Assembly: GCA_030390025.1 (NCBI GenBank)
Contig: CM059433.1
Span: forward strand, 5,642,001 to 5,706,000
Direction: 5' to 3'
Length of the DNA stretch: 64,000 nt
Source of the DNA: Squalus acanthias
Lineage: Eukaryota
The notes under the pieces are model-generated. The model made no database searches. It was not told the origin of the DNA and saw only the letters and a program-made list of their open reading frames with translations. Position numbers and translations under genes: made by a program. Below are positions 25,121-36,904 of the stretch, one piece after another. How positions within the stretch are numbered: the stretch's first letter is position 1; every line of letters starts with the position of its first letter.

Positions 25121-27760
25121 AGAACATAAGAACATAAGAAATAGGAGCAGGAGTAGGCCAATCGGCCCCTCGAGCCTGCTCCGCCATTCAATAAGATCAT
25201 GGCTGATCTGATCCTAACCGCCAATCTACTATCTATCACAGAACCATCTCCTGCATCTAACAGAATTGCACACACGAAATAGGAGCAGAATCAGGCTACA
25301 CAGTCCCTGGGCCCGCTCCACTACCCACAGGGCCATGACCGATCCGAACCTAGACTCATGTCCAAATTCCTGCCCGCTCCCCGTAACCCTTAATGCCCTT
25401 TACTTCTAGGAAACTGTCTATTTCTGTTTTAAATTTAATTAATGTTGTAGCTTCTACAGCTTTTTGTGGCAGCATATTCCATGGACCTACCACCCTCTGA
25501 GTGAAGTAGTTCCTCCTCATCTCAGTTTTGAAAGAGCAGCCCCTTATTCTAAGACTATGTCCCCTAGTTCTCGTCTCACCCGTCATCGGGAACATCCTCC
25601 CCGCATCCACCCGATCCAACCCCTTCACAATCTTATATGTTTCAATAAGATCGCCTCTCATTCTTCTGAACTCCAATGAGTAGAGTCCCAATCTACCCAA
25701 CCTCTCCTCATATGACCACCCCCTCATCCCCGGCATTAACCGAGTGAACCTTTTTTGCACTGCCTCGAGAGCAAGGATGTCTTTCCTTAAGTAAGGACAC
25801 CAAAACTGTATGCAGTATTCCAGGTGCGGTCTCACCAATACCTTGTACAACTGAAGCAATACCTCCCTATTTTTATATTCTATCCCCCTAGCAATGAAAG
25901 CCAACATTCCATTTGCCTTCTTAATCACTTGCTGCACCTGCATACTAACCTTTTGAGTTTCGTGCACCAGGACCCCCAGATCCCTTTGCACTTCAGTACT
26001 CTCCAGTTTCTTGCCATTAAGATAATAAATTGCTCTAGGATTTTTCCTGCCAAAGTGCATCACCTCACACTTTCCAGTGTTGTATTCCATCTGCCAAATC
26101 TCTGCCCACTTACTTAGCCTGTCTATGTCCCCTTGCAGGTTTTTTATGTCCTCCTCACTCACTACTTTCCCTCCCATCTTTGTATCATCTGCAAATTTTG
26201 ATATGTTACACTTGGTCCCTTCCTCCAAATCGTTAATATAGATTGTGAAGAGTTGGGGACCCAGCACTGACCCCTGTGGAACACCACTAGTTACTGATTG
26301 CCAGTCTGAGAATGAACCATTTATCCCAACTCTTTGCTTTCTGTTAGATAGCCAATCCTCTATCCATGCCAGAATATTACCCCCAATCCCGTGATTTTTT
26401 ACCTTAAGCAATAATCTTTTGTGTGGCACCTTGTCAAATGCCTTTTGGAAGTCCAAATACACTACGTCCACTGGTTCCCCTTTATCCACTCTATATGTTA
26501 CTTCCTCAAAGAACTCCAGCAAATTTGTCAAACATGACTTCCCCTTCGTAAAACCATGCTGACTTTGTCCTATTAAATTATGATTATCCAAATGTCCTGT
26601 TACTGTTTCCTTAATAATGGACTCCAAAATTTTACCTACCACAGATGTTAGGCTAACCGGTCTATAGTTACCAGCCTTCTGTCTACTGCCCTTTTTGAAT
26701 AAGGGTGTTACATTAGCAGTTTTCCAGTCTGCCGGGACCTTAGCGGAATCCAGGGAGTTTTGAAAAATTATTACCAATGCATCTACAATCCCTACCGCCA
26801 CTTCCTTCAAGACTCAAGGATGTAAGCCATCAGGTCCAGGTGATTTATCCGCCTTGAGTCCCATTATTTTACCGAGTACCACTTCCTTAGTGATTTTGAT
26901 CGTGTTTAGCTCCTCTCCCCCTATAGCCCCCTGTTTGTCCAGTGTTGGGATATTCTTAGTGTCCTCTACTGTAAAGACTGATACAAAATATTCATTCAGT
27001 GTTTTTGCCATCTCCATATTTCCCACCATTAATTTCCCGGTCTCATCCTCTAAGGGACCAACATTTACTTTAGCCACCCTTTTTCTTTTTATATAACTAT
27101 AAAAACTCTTACTATCTGTTTTTATATTTTTTGCTAATTTACTTTCATAATCTATCTTCCCTTTCTTAATCAATCTTTTTGTTATTTTTTGCTGCCTTTT
27201 AAAGTTTTCCCAATCCTCTGTCCTCCCACTAGATTTCGCTACCTTATATGCCCTTGTTTTTAGTCGAATACTATCCTTAATTTCTTTACTTAGCCACGGA
27301 TGACTGTCCTTTCTTTTACACCCTTTTCTTTTCAGTGGAATATATTTTTTTTGGAAGTTGTAAAATAACTCCTTGAATGTACACCACTGATCATGTGTCG
27401 TCTTACCCTTTAATCTATTTTCCCAATCCACTCTACTCAATTCCGCTCGCATACCTTCATAGTCTCCTTTATTCAAGCTTAGCACGCTTGTTTGAGATCC
27501 AACCTTCTCACCCTCTAATTGAATATGGAATTCAACCATGTTATGGTCACTCATTCCAAGGGGATCCTTTACTAGGACATTTTTAATTAATCCTGTCTCG
27601 TTACACAGGACCAGATCTAAGGTTGCTTGCCCCCTGGTCGGTTCAGTTACATACTGCTCAAGAAACCCATCCCTAATACACTCAATGAACTCATCCTCAA
27701 GGCAGCCCTGCCCCATTTGATTTGTCCAATTAATATGATAGTTAAAATCCCCCATAATTA
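25117..27760 (-). mobile_element. Young CR1 LINE (5'-truncated ORF2, one in-frame TGA) inserted in Gypsy gag
   Basis: ORFs 26814..27755 and 25356..26810 share a frame (GDFN, SDH, KSPGPDG, YRPVSL, FADD); (TTCTTATG)n tail. Confidence 0.97.
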
Positions 27761-28426
27761 TAGATGTTCGTCATCATCCTCTTCATCAGTGAAGTCATCA
27801 GATTGATCGTCAGGGATAAAGTCCTCCCTAATAGAGTTCACCTGTGGCCTCTTAAATTGCCTGACTGTAGTTAAGGCAGTAGACCGAGGTCTGGGCACTG
27901 TATAAAGGTCTGCATTTCTTTTTGCCAGATCTAGAGAGCAAGCCATGTCATAAGCTCTCTGAAGCTCAAGTGTCTTACTTTCCAGTAGACGCTGGCGTAT
28001 AAATGGGGAGGCAAGCCCGCAGATGAAAGCATCACGGATCATTTCTTCACGGTACAGCTCAGCTGAGGCCGCCTGAAAGTTACAGTCCATACTAAGTCTG
28101 CGAAGCTCTTGGAGGAATTTATCAATGGATTCCTCCGGCCCTTGTTGGGCTGTAGCTAGTAGATGTCTGGCATAGACCTCATTCGGTGTCTTAGTATATA
28201 GTCTCTTAAGCGTCCGAATTGCCTCCTCGTAACTGCCCCATTCCTCCACATACTGAAATACATTCGGGGTGACACAGTTGATGAGTATCCGCAACTTTGA
28301 GTCATCATCAGCCTTGCAATATTCAAGAAAATTGTCAAACGTGCGATACCAGTGTTTCCACACCTTACCGGCTGCTGGGGTGTTTGGGTCCAAGTCAAGA
28401 CGCGATGGTTTAAGGATGTTTTCCAT
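27761..28426 (-). pseudogene. Gypsy gag N-terminal part
   Basis: MENILKPSRLDLDP...WKHW...ARHLLAT.QQGPEESI..F...L..L..DC.F...IRDAFICGL; broken at the CR1 junction. Confidence 0.92.
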
Positions 28427-28504
28427 GATGGGTGATTCCCTGGATCCTTAGTTCCGAGTTCGTCCAAAAAGTTTGAGTGCGAAGTTTTCCAAAGTTGATT
28501 AAAT

Positions 28505-29281
28505 TGTCGTAATAGAAACATAGAAAATAGGTACAGGAGTAGACCATTCGGTCCTTCGAGCCTGCACCGCCATTCAATGCGTTCATGGCTGAACATGCTA
28601 CCTCAGTACCCCATTCCTGCTTTCTCGCCATACCCCTTGATCCCCCTAGTTGTGAGTGTTATATCTAACTCCCTTTTAAATATATTTAGCGAACTGGCCT
28701 CAACAACCTTCTGTGGAAGAGAATTCCATAGATTCACCACTCTCTGGGTGAAGAAGTTCCTCCTCAGCTCAGTCTTAAATGGCTTCCCCTTAATCCTTAG
28801 ACTGTGACCCCTGGTTCTAGTTTTCCCTAACATTGGGAACATTCTGCCCGCATCTAATTTGTCTAAACCAGTCAGGATTTTAAATGTCTCTATAAGATCC
28901 CCCCTCACTCTTCTGAACTCCAGAGGATACAAGTTCAGTTGACCCAATCTTTCTTGATATGTCAGTCCGGCCATCCCAGGAATCAATCTAGTGAACCTTC
29001 GCTGCACTCCCTCAATAGCAAGAATGTCCTTCCTTAAGTTAGGAGACCAAAACTGCGCACAATACTCCAGGTGTGGCCTCACCAAGGCCCTGTACAACTG
29101 AGCCTTACGCGTGGTGAACTTAAAGTAAGCTTTAATCAACTAAAAAGGTGCTACATACAAAAGAGGTCTTACTCTATGCCTCTCCAGGATCCAACTGATC
29201 AGTCCAGTATTTATCCTGGACTAATCACAGGAAGTGATGCAATAAAGTTCGAGTCACAGGAAGCTGTATTGTGTTACCACA
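28505..29281 (-). repeat. Gypsy 5' LTR split by a CR1 fragment (28505-28512 plus 29099-29281)
   Basis: 29099-29281 is identical by eye to 21607-21789; tgtcgtaa is found at 28505. Confidence 0.95.
28513..29098 (-). mobile_element. CR1 3' fragment inserted in the Gypsy 5' LTR
   Basis: [13 protein letters not shown]...RRNFFTQRVV plus 3' UTR stem-loop and tail. Confidence 0.95.
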
Positions 29282-29544
29282 TATAGTGTGCATGCTGAGA
29301 GGGAAAAGCAGCAAGTTGAGAGCAGGATGGAGTGGGGTCATGGTCATGTGCAAGAAAGTGGCTTCAATGTGAAATGAGAAAGCAGGCAGCAGGAGTTGCT
29401 ACCAGGTAAAAGCAGAATGCTGTTAGTGCCTGTTGTGAGGGCAGCAGCAACAGCTGAGTGTGTGATTGGAATGAGGAGAGTTGGCACAATGTCCCCTTGT
29501 GACTTGTGGAGAGGCATGTGGTGCAGGGAAGGGAAGTGTTTAGA

Positions 29545-29756
29545 ATACTGAGGTGAATATTTATCCCTCAATCTAACATCACAAAAAACAGATCATCTGG
29601 TCATTATCACATTGCTGTTTGTGAGAGCTTGCTGTGTGCAAATTGGCTACTGTGTTTCCTACATTACAACAGTGACTACACTTCAATAGTACTTCTTTGA
29701 CTGCAATGAGCTTTGGGGCGTCCTGAGGTTGTGAAAGGCGCTATATAAATGCAAGT
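29545..29756 (+). mobile_element. SINE 3' half (DeuSINE/L2-tail-like)
   Basis: tctggtcattatcacattgctgtttgtg...gcttgctgtgtgcaaattggct...gcgctatataaatgcaagt. Confidence 0.65.
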
Positions 29757-29789
29757 CCTCCCTCCCTCCCCTTCCTTCCTTCCTTTCAG

Positions 29790-30165
29790 ATTTGATAGAG
29801 ATGTTTGAAATAATGAAGGATTTAGATAGAGTAAATAAAGAAAAACTGTTTCCAGTGGCTGAAGGGTCAATAACGAGATGTCACAGATTTAAGGTAATTG
29901 TCAAAAGAACCAGACGCGACATAAGGAAAACCTTTTTTACACAGCGAGTGGTTAAGATTTGGAATACACTGCCTGTTAGGGCGGTGGATGCAGATTCAAT
30001 AGTAGCCTTCAAAAGTGAATTGGATGAATACTTGAAGGAGAAAAAATTGCAGGGATACGGGGAAAGAGCGGGGGAGTGGGACTAACTGGATTGCTCTTTG
30101 AAAGAGCCGGCGCTGACTCGATGGGCCGAATGGCCTCCTTCTGTGCTGTGCTATTCTATGATTCA
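29790..30165 (+). mobile_element. CR1 3' fragment
   Basis: LIEMFEIMKDLDRV...FFTQRVVKIWN...GYGERAGEWD plus tail. Confidence 0.88.
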
Positions 30166-30399
30166 TGTTCCTGTTATTTGCATACATGCACCACTTTGGA
30201 GGTGGGTGCATCTTCTGCCAGCAATTAATGCTACCAGAATTTAGCATATATTGCAGAATAGTTATAACTCTGGTGCATCTGATTTACGCCCAAATCCCAG
30301 TCCCCTATGTCAGAACTACACCGTTTTTGCACCCAAAAAAATTGTGTTTTGGCCCCTATGTATTAGAAGTAAAAGTAGGAGATATGTGCACTCATGGAT

Positions 30400-30670
30400 G
30401 GGATAGAACTTGCCAGAGAAGATGAAAGAGACTTAGGGTACTAGTTGATTTGTGGTTAACTGTGTCTAAACAATCTGAGATGACAATAAACAGAGCAGAT
30501 AGTATGCTGGATTATATTGTCAAATCAGTTGAGTTGAAATCTCCAGAGGTCTTGCTGAAGCTGTACAGTGCCCTGATCAGGCTGTAGCTGGTGTACTGTG
30601 TATAGTTCTGGTTGCTGCAACATAAGAAGCCCATTGAGGTACTTTAAAGGCAGTGCAGAGGAGAGCAATG
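30400..30670 (+). mobile_element. Old degraded CR1 ORF2 fragment
   Basis: RDLGVLVD...LLKLYSALIR...YC..FW-like remnants. Confidence 0.6.
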
Positions 30671-33600
30671 GCCATGAGTCTGGAACTGCTCCATATAGTT
30701 ACTTTCTTTTGTTGTTAACAGGCGCTAAAAGGTACACCACATAGTTAATGTCTGAAAAAAAATTGTGACTAAAATAGATGTTAGATAGCAGGAAGAGACT
30801 GCAAGGCACTTGAATCTTATTTTGAGCATGGCAAATATAACAGTGATACTGTGGGTGCACATGATTCAAGGAAAGATATGTTTTATGAATCATTGTGAAG
30901 AATGTTAATGCTGAGGAATGGAACACTATCCCAGTGCTATAATCAGGTACTCCCAGTTTAGGCACCGCACAGTTGGATGCAGAATACAGCTCTTTCTATT
31001 TTCCCCAGTCTTAGAAGAATATCCCCTAATGCATCAGTGTGACATTTTCCATTTCCCACACTAGCTATCCTGAGCCCTCCATGAATAGGACTATCAACTT
31101 AGTGCTGAATTATGGCCTATGCTCACTATATTGAAGCTGCCCACATTCTTTTTGAACTCTTACATCCAGCAGACGTCTTATCCCATCAACCTGTACCAGA
31201 TTTCAACACAAGCCCTGGAGGTAAAATGGCTCACTTATACACCTGTAATCCCTCACAGGATTTTTTTAAGTAGCAAAGAGGAAATAATGTATTGTGGACT
31301 TCTCAGATTTTTTGAGCATTCCCCGTCGGTGTGTTTAGTTAAATTTCAACATCTAATCTGGAGTAATTTTCCTAATTTAGAGATTCCTTAAATTAAAATT
31401 AGATCTCAAAAATAATTTTTTCTGCATTTTGGACTGAAATGTTCCAAGTCTGTGAGCCTGGATTTGGAGAGTGGTGTGTGATACAATTTTTGTTATAAAT
31501 TCAAAGAGCCTAATGGTTCCCATATTATGTGTCAGTCCCAGGACTTAAATATCATCAAGTACTTGGAGCTCAAGCTCCGTAAGAGTTCAACACATCTTCC
31601 ACTGTAACTCTGGTGAGAGACTGGCAAAATCCCCATGGAAGCGACTGGCCATTTCCTGAGTTACTGTATGAAATGGGTGGAACCCCCACAGAATTTCAGC
31701 CCCATTATTTTTATCATCTTTTTATATTTTAAATGTGATGATCTATAGTTTATGTGGAAATCAGTAGGTACAGGTATCTCATTGAATATAATTATTTAAA
31801 ATAATCATCTCAAGCCTCACTTCCCAAATCTGGAACTCCATGTATTGTGCTAACATGTTGTCTTACCTTCTTTTCTACTTTAATTATATTCTGTTTAGAA
31901 AGTGTTCAAATATACATATTTGTGTTTTTAAAGTTGCCTAAGAAAGAGCCTATTATCCTAAGTGGTCCAAGCTTTGCAGATTTAGAAGATGATGAGTTGT
32001 GAGTCAATAGCAAACTCCTTCTTCAAGGATTTCAACTGCCAGAGGAAATGCATGCTGTAAAGTATAGCTTAAACTTGTTCATAATATTTTTCAACCAGTA
32101 GTGGCCTTTTTAAAAAAAAAGTATACTTGTACTTAGAATATAATTTCAATCTTTGATAAAGCAATATTTATCACCTGATCTGACAGATACGTACCTTAGT
32201 ATCATCTATCAGTTCAGATTCTTCTGTTTCTGTTTTTTTAATGACTGCTTGTAATGTGTGTTAAGCACACCCAAGTAGAGTAGAAATTCTAACAATATTG
32301 TGCTCTATACTGCAGTCTACACTGCTTTTGTAAGCTAGTTGGTCAGGTTCAAGACTTTTATTCTGCATACACACCAAAAGTTGCTATTTTTCTGAAGTTC
32401 TTTGGAAATTTATGTACTTCAGTTACAGAATAAAAATTATTTTTGATAAAAATACTTTTGTGTTGAGCTACTCCATGGAAAATACCTAACTTATAAAATA
32501 TAGGGCCTGAAAACCCAAAATTCTGCTCTGGCACCATAACAGTGGTGGAGTGCAACTTCTGACCTGCAAAGGACCTATGTGCCCGACCCTGTCGGAATTT
32601 CCCGGGCTCCGGCAATTTGCATAATACTGGCGGGCACCCATGCGTAAATTGACAAAACTGGAGTGTCTGCCAGGGGTGGGGGTAGGGGGGCAGAAAAATG
32701 CAGCGCTGGCAAGCCACTCGGGCACAGCCAGCAGAAGATTGGTGAAAGTAAAAAAAATCTGCCTCTTTGCAAGAAGGCTGCTCATCCCTTGGTAGACGCT
32801 CCTTGAAATAACTGTAGCAGGCCTTCAAACTGATCTAAAACAGCCCTGTGATCTCCACTTCCACCCTGTCAAGTACTGTGTACCTGCTTCTTTCCAATAG
32901 GTGTACAGTACATTGGGGGCACTGGAGGCAGGACGAACGGGAGTTCTAGCAGTGATGCCATCCCAGCAGTCCCACCTCTATTTTGATGCGAAGCTATGAA
33001 AGAGATTCTGAAGGAGACAAAACCAATATGGTGTGTAGCGAGTATATTTTATTAATAGATTTAAAAGACACAGCAGTCACAGAGTTAACAAGCTGACTCA
33101 CTAGCAAAACACAAATCTTACGCTCAAGTACGGCCCAGTGCTTCAAAAAGTTACAGCGATTAATAGAGTAGACACGATATTACCCGGTTCCAGTATTGCC
33201 AAAACCACCGCCTCATAAATCAGGAGACAACTCTTAAAAATCATGAGATTTGGTATAGCAATCATGAGTTGCTATTTTTTCAAACATAAACCAATATAGA
33301 TTAACAGTTGGTTTATAAACCTCATTCGTGGCTTTATTTAATCTCTAACAGGTCACAGCTCTTTACAAGAACTATATTACTGCATCTGAAAATGCTTTAC
33401 AAAAACCTTTTTAAAAATCCTACCCGTTAATCACCTGGTGCCCAACACAACCACCATGTAATGCAGTCCTTGCAGCTGTCAACCAAAGGTACGTTTTTGG
33501 AAAAGAAAATCAAAAACACCTTCCCATGGAGACAGGAGTCACGATCACTGACTAATCCCCACCTCGCAATCACCCCGCCGAAACCGCTCCAAGCCCCCTT

Positions 33601-33964
33601 CTGGGACTTGCCTGAGGGCTGGTGCTGACATTGATGTCTTTGCTCAACCAAGCTGCCTGTGGAGGCGTGACCAGTGTCGGCACCTCGTCCCGAGAATGCA
33701 GATGTAGCCCGAGGACCGATTTCTATCAATCCCCGAGCCTCTTGCTTCCGAGGCCCCCCTCCCGTGTTATAAAAATATTCAGGGACCCCCTGTAACACAA
33801 TGAGTATTTTTTCTGTATAAAAATGAGTTATATAATTAAGCATATATATTTATTATTATTTTTGTTTTACTTAATGTAAGAGCAGAAAGCTGCCTGGGTT
33901 CGATCCCTGGCCGATGCTGAGTTACCAGATCTGAGCTAGGGTGGCAGTAGCGATGCTACAATTG

Positions 33965-35440
33965 ATGTGGAGATGCCGGTGTTGGACTGGGATGGACAAA
34001 TGTGAGAAGTCGCACAACACCAGGTTATAGTCCAACAGCTTTATTTGAAATCACAAGCTTTCGGAGCGCTGCTCCTTCGTCAGGTGAAGAGATGCATATA
34101 GGCACAGCATATATAGTCAGAGAACACTGCCAGATGATTACAGTTAATCTTTCTAACTGCCCTTTATCACACCTCAGCAGAGAGATAATCACGGGCAATC
34201 AAAGGTGTGGATGGTGTCCAAACAGGTCAGTCAGGAAAACATTACATCAAAGACAATGAGGTGGGGTCACAAGGGGTCAAATGTGGCAGATGCTGGGGTC
34301 TGTATGGAAAACAAAAAACTTTTTTTGCTGGAAATCACAGCAGGTCTGGCCGCATCTGTGTAGAGAGAACAAGCCAACGACGACTCGTGTCTGGATGACT
34401 ACGTCAGGTGGGGTTACATGTAGCGTGACATGAACCCAAGATCCCGGTTGAGGCCATCCTCATGGGTGCGGAACTTGGCTATCAGTTTCTGCTCAATGAT
34501 TTTGCGTTGTCGTGTGTCTCGAAGACCGCCTTGGAGAACACTTACCCGAAGATCGGAGGCTGAATGTCCTTGACTGCTGAAGTGTTTCCCGACTGGGAGG
34601 GAACACTCCTGCCTGGCGATTGTTGTGCGGTGTCCGTTCATACGTTGTCGCAGTTTCTGCATGGTCTCGCCAATGTACCATGCTCCGGGGCATCCTTTCC
34701 TGCAACGTATGAGGTAGACAACGTTGGCCGAGTCACATGAGTATGTACCATGTACCTGGTGGGTGGTGTCCTCACGTGTGATGATGGTATCTGTGTTGAT
34801 GATCTGGCATGTCTTGCAGAGGTTGCCGTGACAAGGTTGTGTGGTGTCGTGGTCGCTGTTCTCCTGAAAGCTGGGTAATTTGCTGCGAACGATGATCTGT
34901 TTGAGGTTAGGCGGCTGTTTGAAGGTGAGTAGTGGAGGCGTGGGGATGGCCTTAGCGAGGTGTTCGTCATCATCGATGACATGTTGAAGGCTGCGAAGAA
35001 CATGGCGTAGTTTCTCCGCTCCGGGGAAGTACTGGATGACGTAGGATACTCTGTTGGTTGTGTCCCGTGTTTGTCTTCTGAGGAGGTCTATGCGATTTTT
35101 CGCTGTGGCCCGTCGGAACTGTCGATCGACAAGTCGAGCGTCATATTCCCGTTCTTACGAGGGCGTCTTTCAGCGTCTGTAGGTGTCCATCGCATTCCTC
35201 CTCGTCTGAGCAGATCCTGTGTATTCGCAGGGCTTGTCCATAGGGGATGGCTTCTTTAACGTGGTTAGGGTGGAAGCTGGAGAAGTGGAGCATCATGAGG
35301 TTGTCTGTGGGCTTGCGGTAGAGTGAAGTGCTGAGGTGTCCGTCTTTGATGGAGATTCGTGTGTCCAAGAATGAGACCGATTCTGAGGAGTAGTCCGTGG
35401 TGAGTTTGATGGTGGGATGGAACTTGGTGATGTTATCGTG
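33965..35440 (-). mobile_element. Penelope-like retroelement (RT C-terminus, GIY-YIG endonuclease, pLTR), 5'-truncated
   Basis: FHPTIKLT..YS...VSFLDT.I....G.LSTSLYRKPTD; CKTCQII; NVVYLIRC...WYIGET..KLRQRMNGHR...GLNRD; pLTR at about 33965-34260. Confidence 0.93.
34051..34087 (-). ncRNA. Minimal hammerhead ribozyme motif in Penelope pLTR
   Basis: Minus strand TCAC-CTGACGA-AGGAGC(AGC)GCTCC-GAAA-GCTT-GTGA; palindromic helix III AAGCTT. Confidence 0.8.
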
Positions 35441-36904
35441 TAAAATTGGTCTCAAAGCCCCTATTTCCTCTTATCTCAATACCACATCCCAACACGGGTT
35501 ACAGCTTTACTGCAGGTCCAGAGACTTGCAAGTCTCTTCCTTTCCGCCCCCCGCCCCCGGCAAGGCCACATGGCGCGCACACACTCTCCAGTGATGGCGC
35601 CCCTTCCCCATTTCAACCACTGACCAGTTTAATGAGGAAACGCAACCGGCTTCCAACCAACACAGGGCCTTGGGCGGCTCCGCACGAGGCGAGGGAAAGA
35701 AGGGTTGAAAAAAGGAAGGCACGCCCTCAGCCCACGTAACACCCAACTAACTTTCCCGCCCTCAACTCAGGTTCTCAGGTTTCAAGATTAGTGGAGTGAA
35801 ATTGGATAAAGTTTAAAAACGAGCGCAGGGAGCACGCAGTGCGACATGCCTGCGCCCATTCAAAGTGTTACAGGCAGCACACAAACTTTGTGCTGACTGC
35901 TCATTATAATGATTGCAGTGTTGATCTCAGCGCTAAACGCACTGCTGGTTGGCTTAATGCTCAACAGGGGAGCAATATTGGGCGCAGTCTACTGGCCAAT
36001 AAAATTTGACCTCGGCTTTCTGCACCACTTAAAGGGGAGATGTTTTGTTGCAGAAGCACCTCATCGTCACTCTGAAGTCATGGTCCAACAGGGAAGAGAG
36101 ATGGCAAGGAGGTTCTCTGATGCTGCACTGGAGGCCTTGGTCCTGGAGGTGCACAGACAACGTCAGGTCCTCTACCCGCTGGGGGGCAAGAGGCCTTCCA
36201 GGCAGCACGGCAGAAGGCTGTGGGAGGAAATAGCACAAGCTGTCAGTACCACGACTGTTGACCCCAGGACCTGGATCCAGTGCCGCAAGAAGTTTAATGA
36301 CTTCACATGAGTGGTCAAGGTGAGTGAATGCATCTTCAAATGCCATATCCCACCAACTGCACCACTAGCCTCACATACTGCTCAATGCACCACACCCCCA
36401 TCACTCATCTACCAACAATCTCTAGCAATCACTACTCATACCTCACAATCATGGCTTCACCTCACCCTCACACATTTACCACTGCTGCAAGACTCACACC
36501 CACATCTCACACATTGCACACACCACCAGCTATTCAACCATGGCAGGCACATGACCCAAACACATTGCACCACACTCACTTACATACTTCCCTTTCTCTT
36601 GTAGGCAAAGGTGGCGCACAACCCCTGTAAGCAGCAGAAGATGGACGGAGGGGAAGCCTGACTGGATGGAGCTGGAGGACACAGTGCTGGAGATATTCGG
36701 AGGGGTCGTCACTGAGGTCATGACGAGGTTGAAAGTTTTTCTTTTTTATTTGTTCCTAGGATGTGGGCATTGCTGGCAAGGCCAGCATTTATTGCCCATC
36801 CCGAATTGCCCTTCAGAAGGTGGTGGTGAGTCGCCTTCTTGAACCACAGAGGGCAATTAAGAGTCAAGCGCATTGCTGTGGGTCTGGAGTCACATATAGG
36901 CCAG

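Larger units (their letters stand above)
21596..29281 (-). mobile_element. Full-length Ty3/Gypsy LTR retrotransposon with two nested CR1 insertions
   Basis: TG...CA LTRs, TSD TATAG (21591-21595 and 29282-29286), gag-PR-RT-RH-IN order, polypurine tract next to the 3' LTR. Confidence 0.97.

Noticed and set aside
32985..33797. Possible solo LTR (ends tgtaaca, minus-strand AATAAA)
   Set aside because: Could not identify a matching left terminus or TSD.
34370..34415. Fourth hammerhead motif
   Set aside because: Core is degenerate (CTGACGT, no GAAA).
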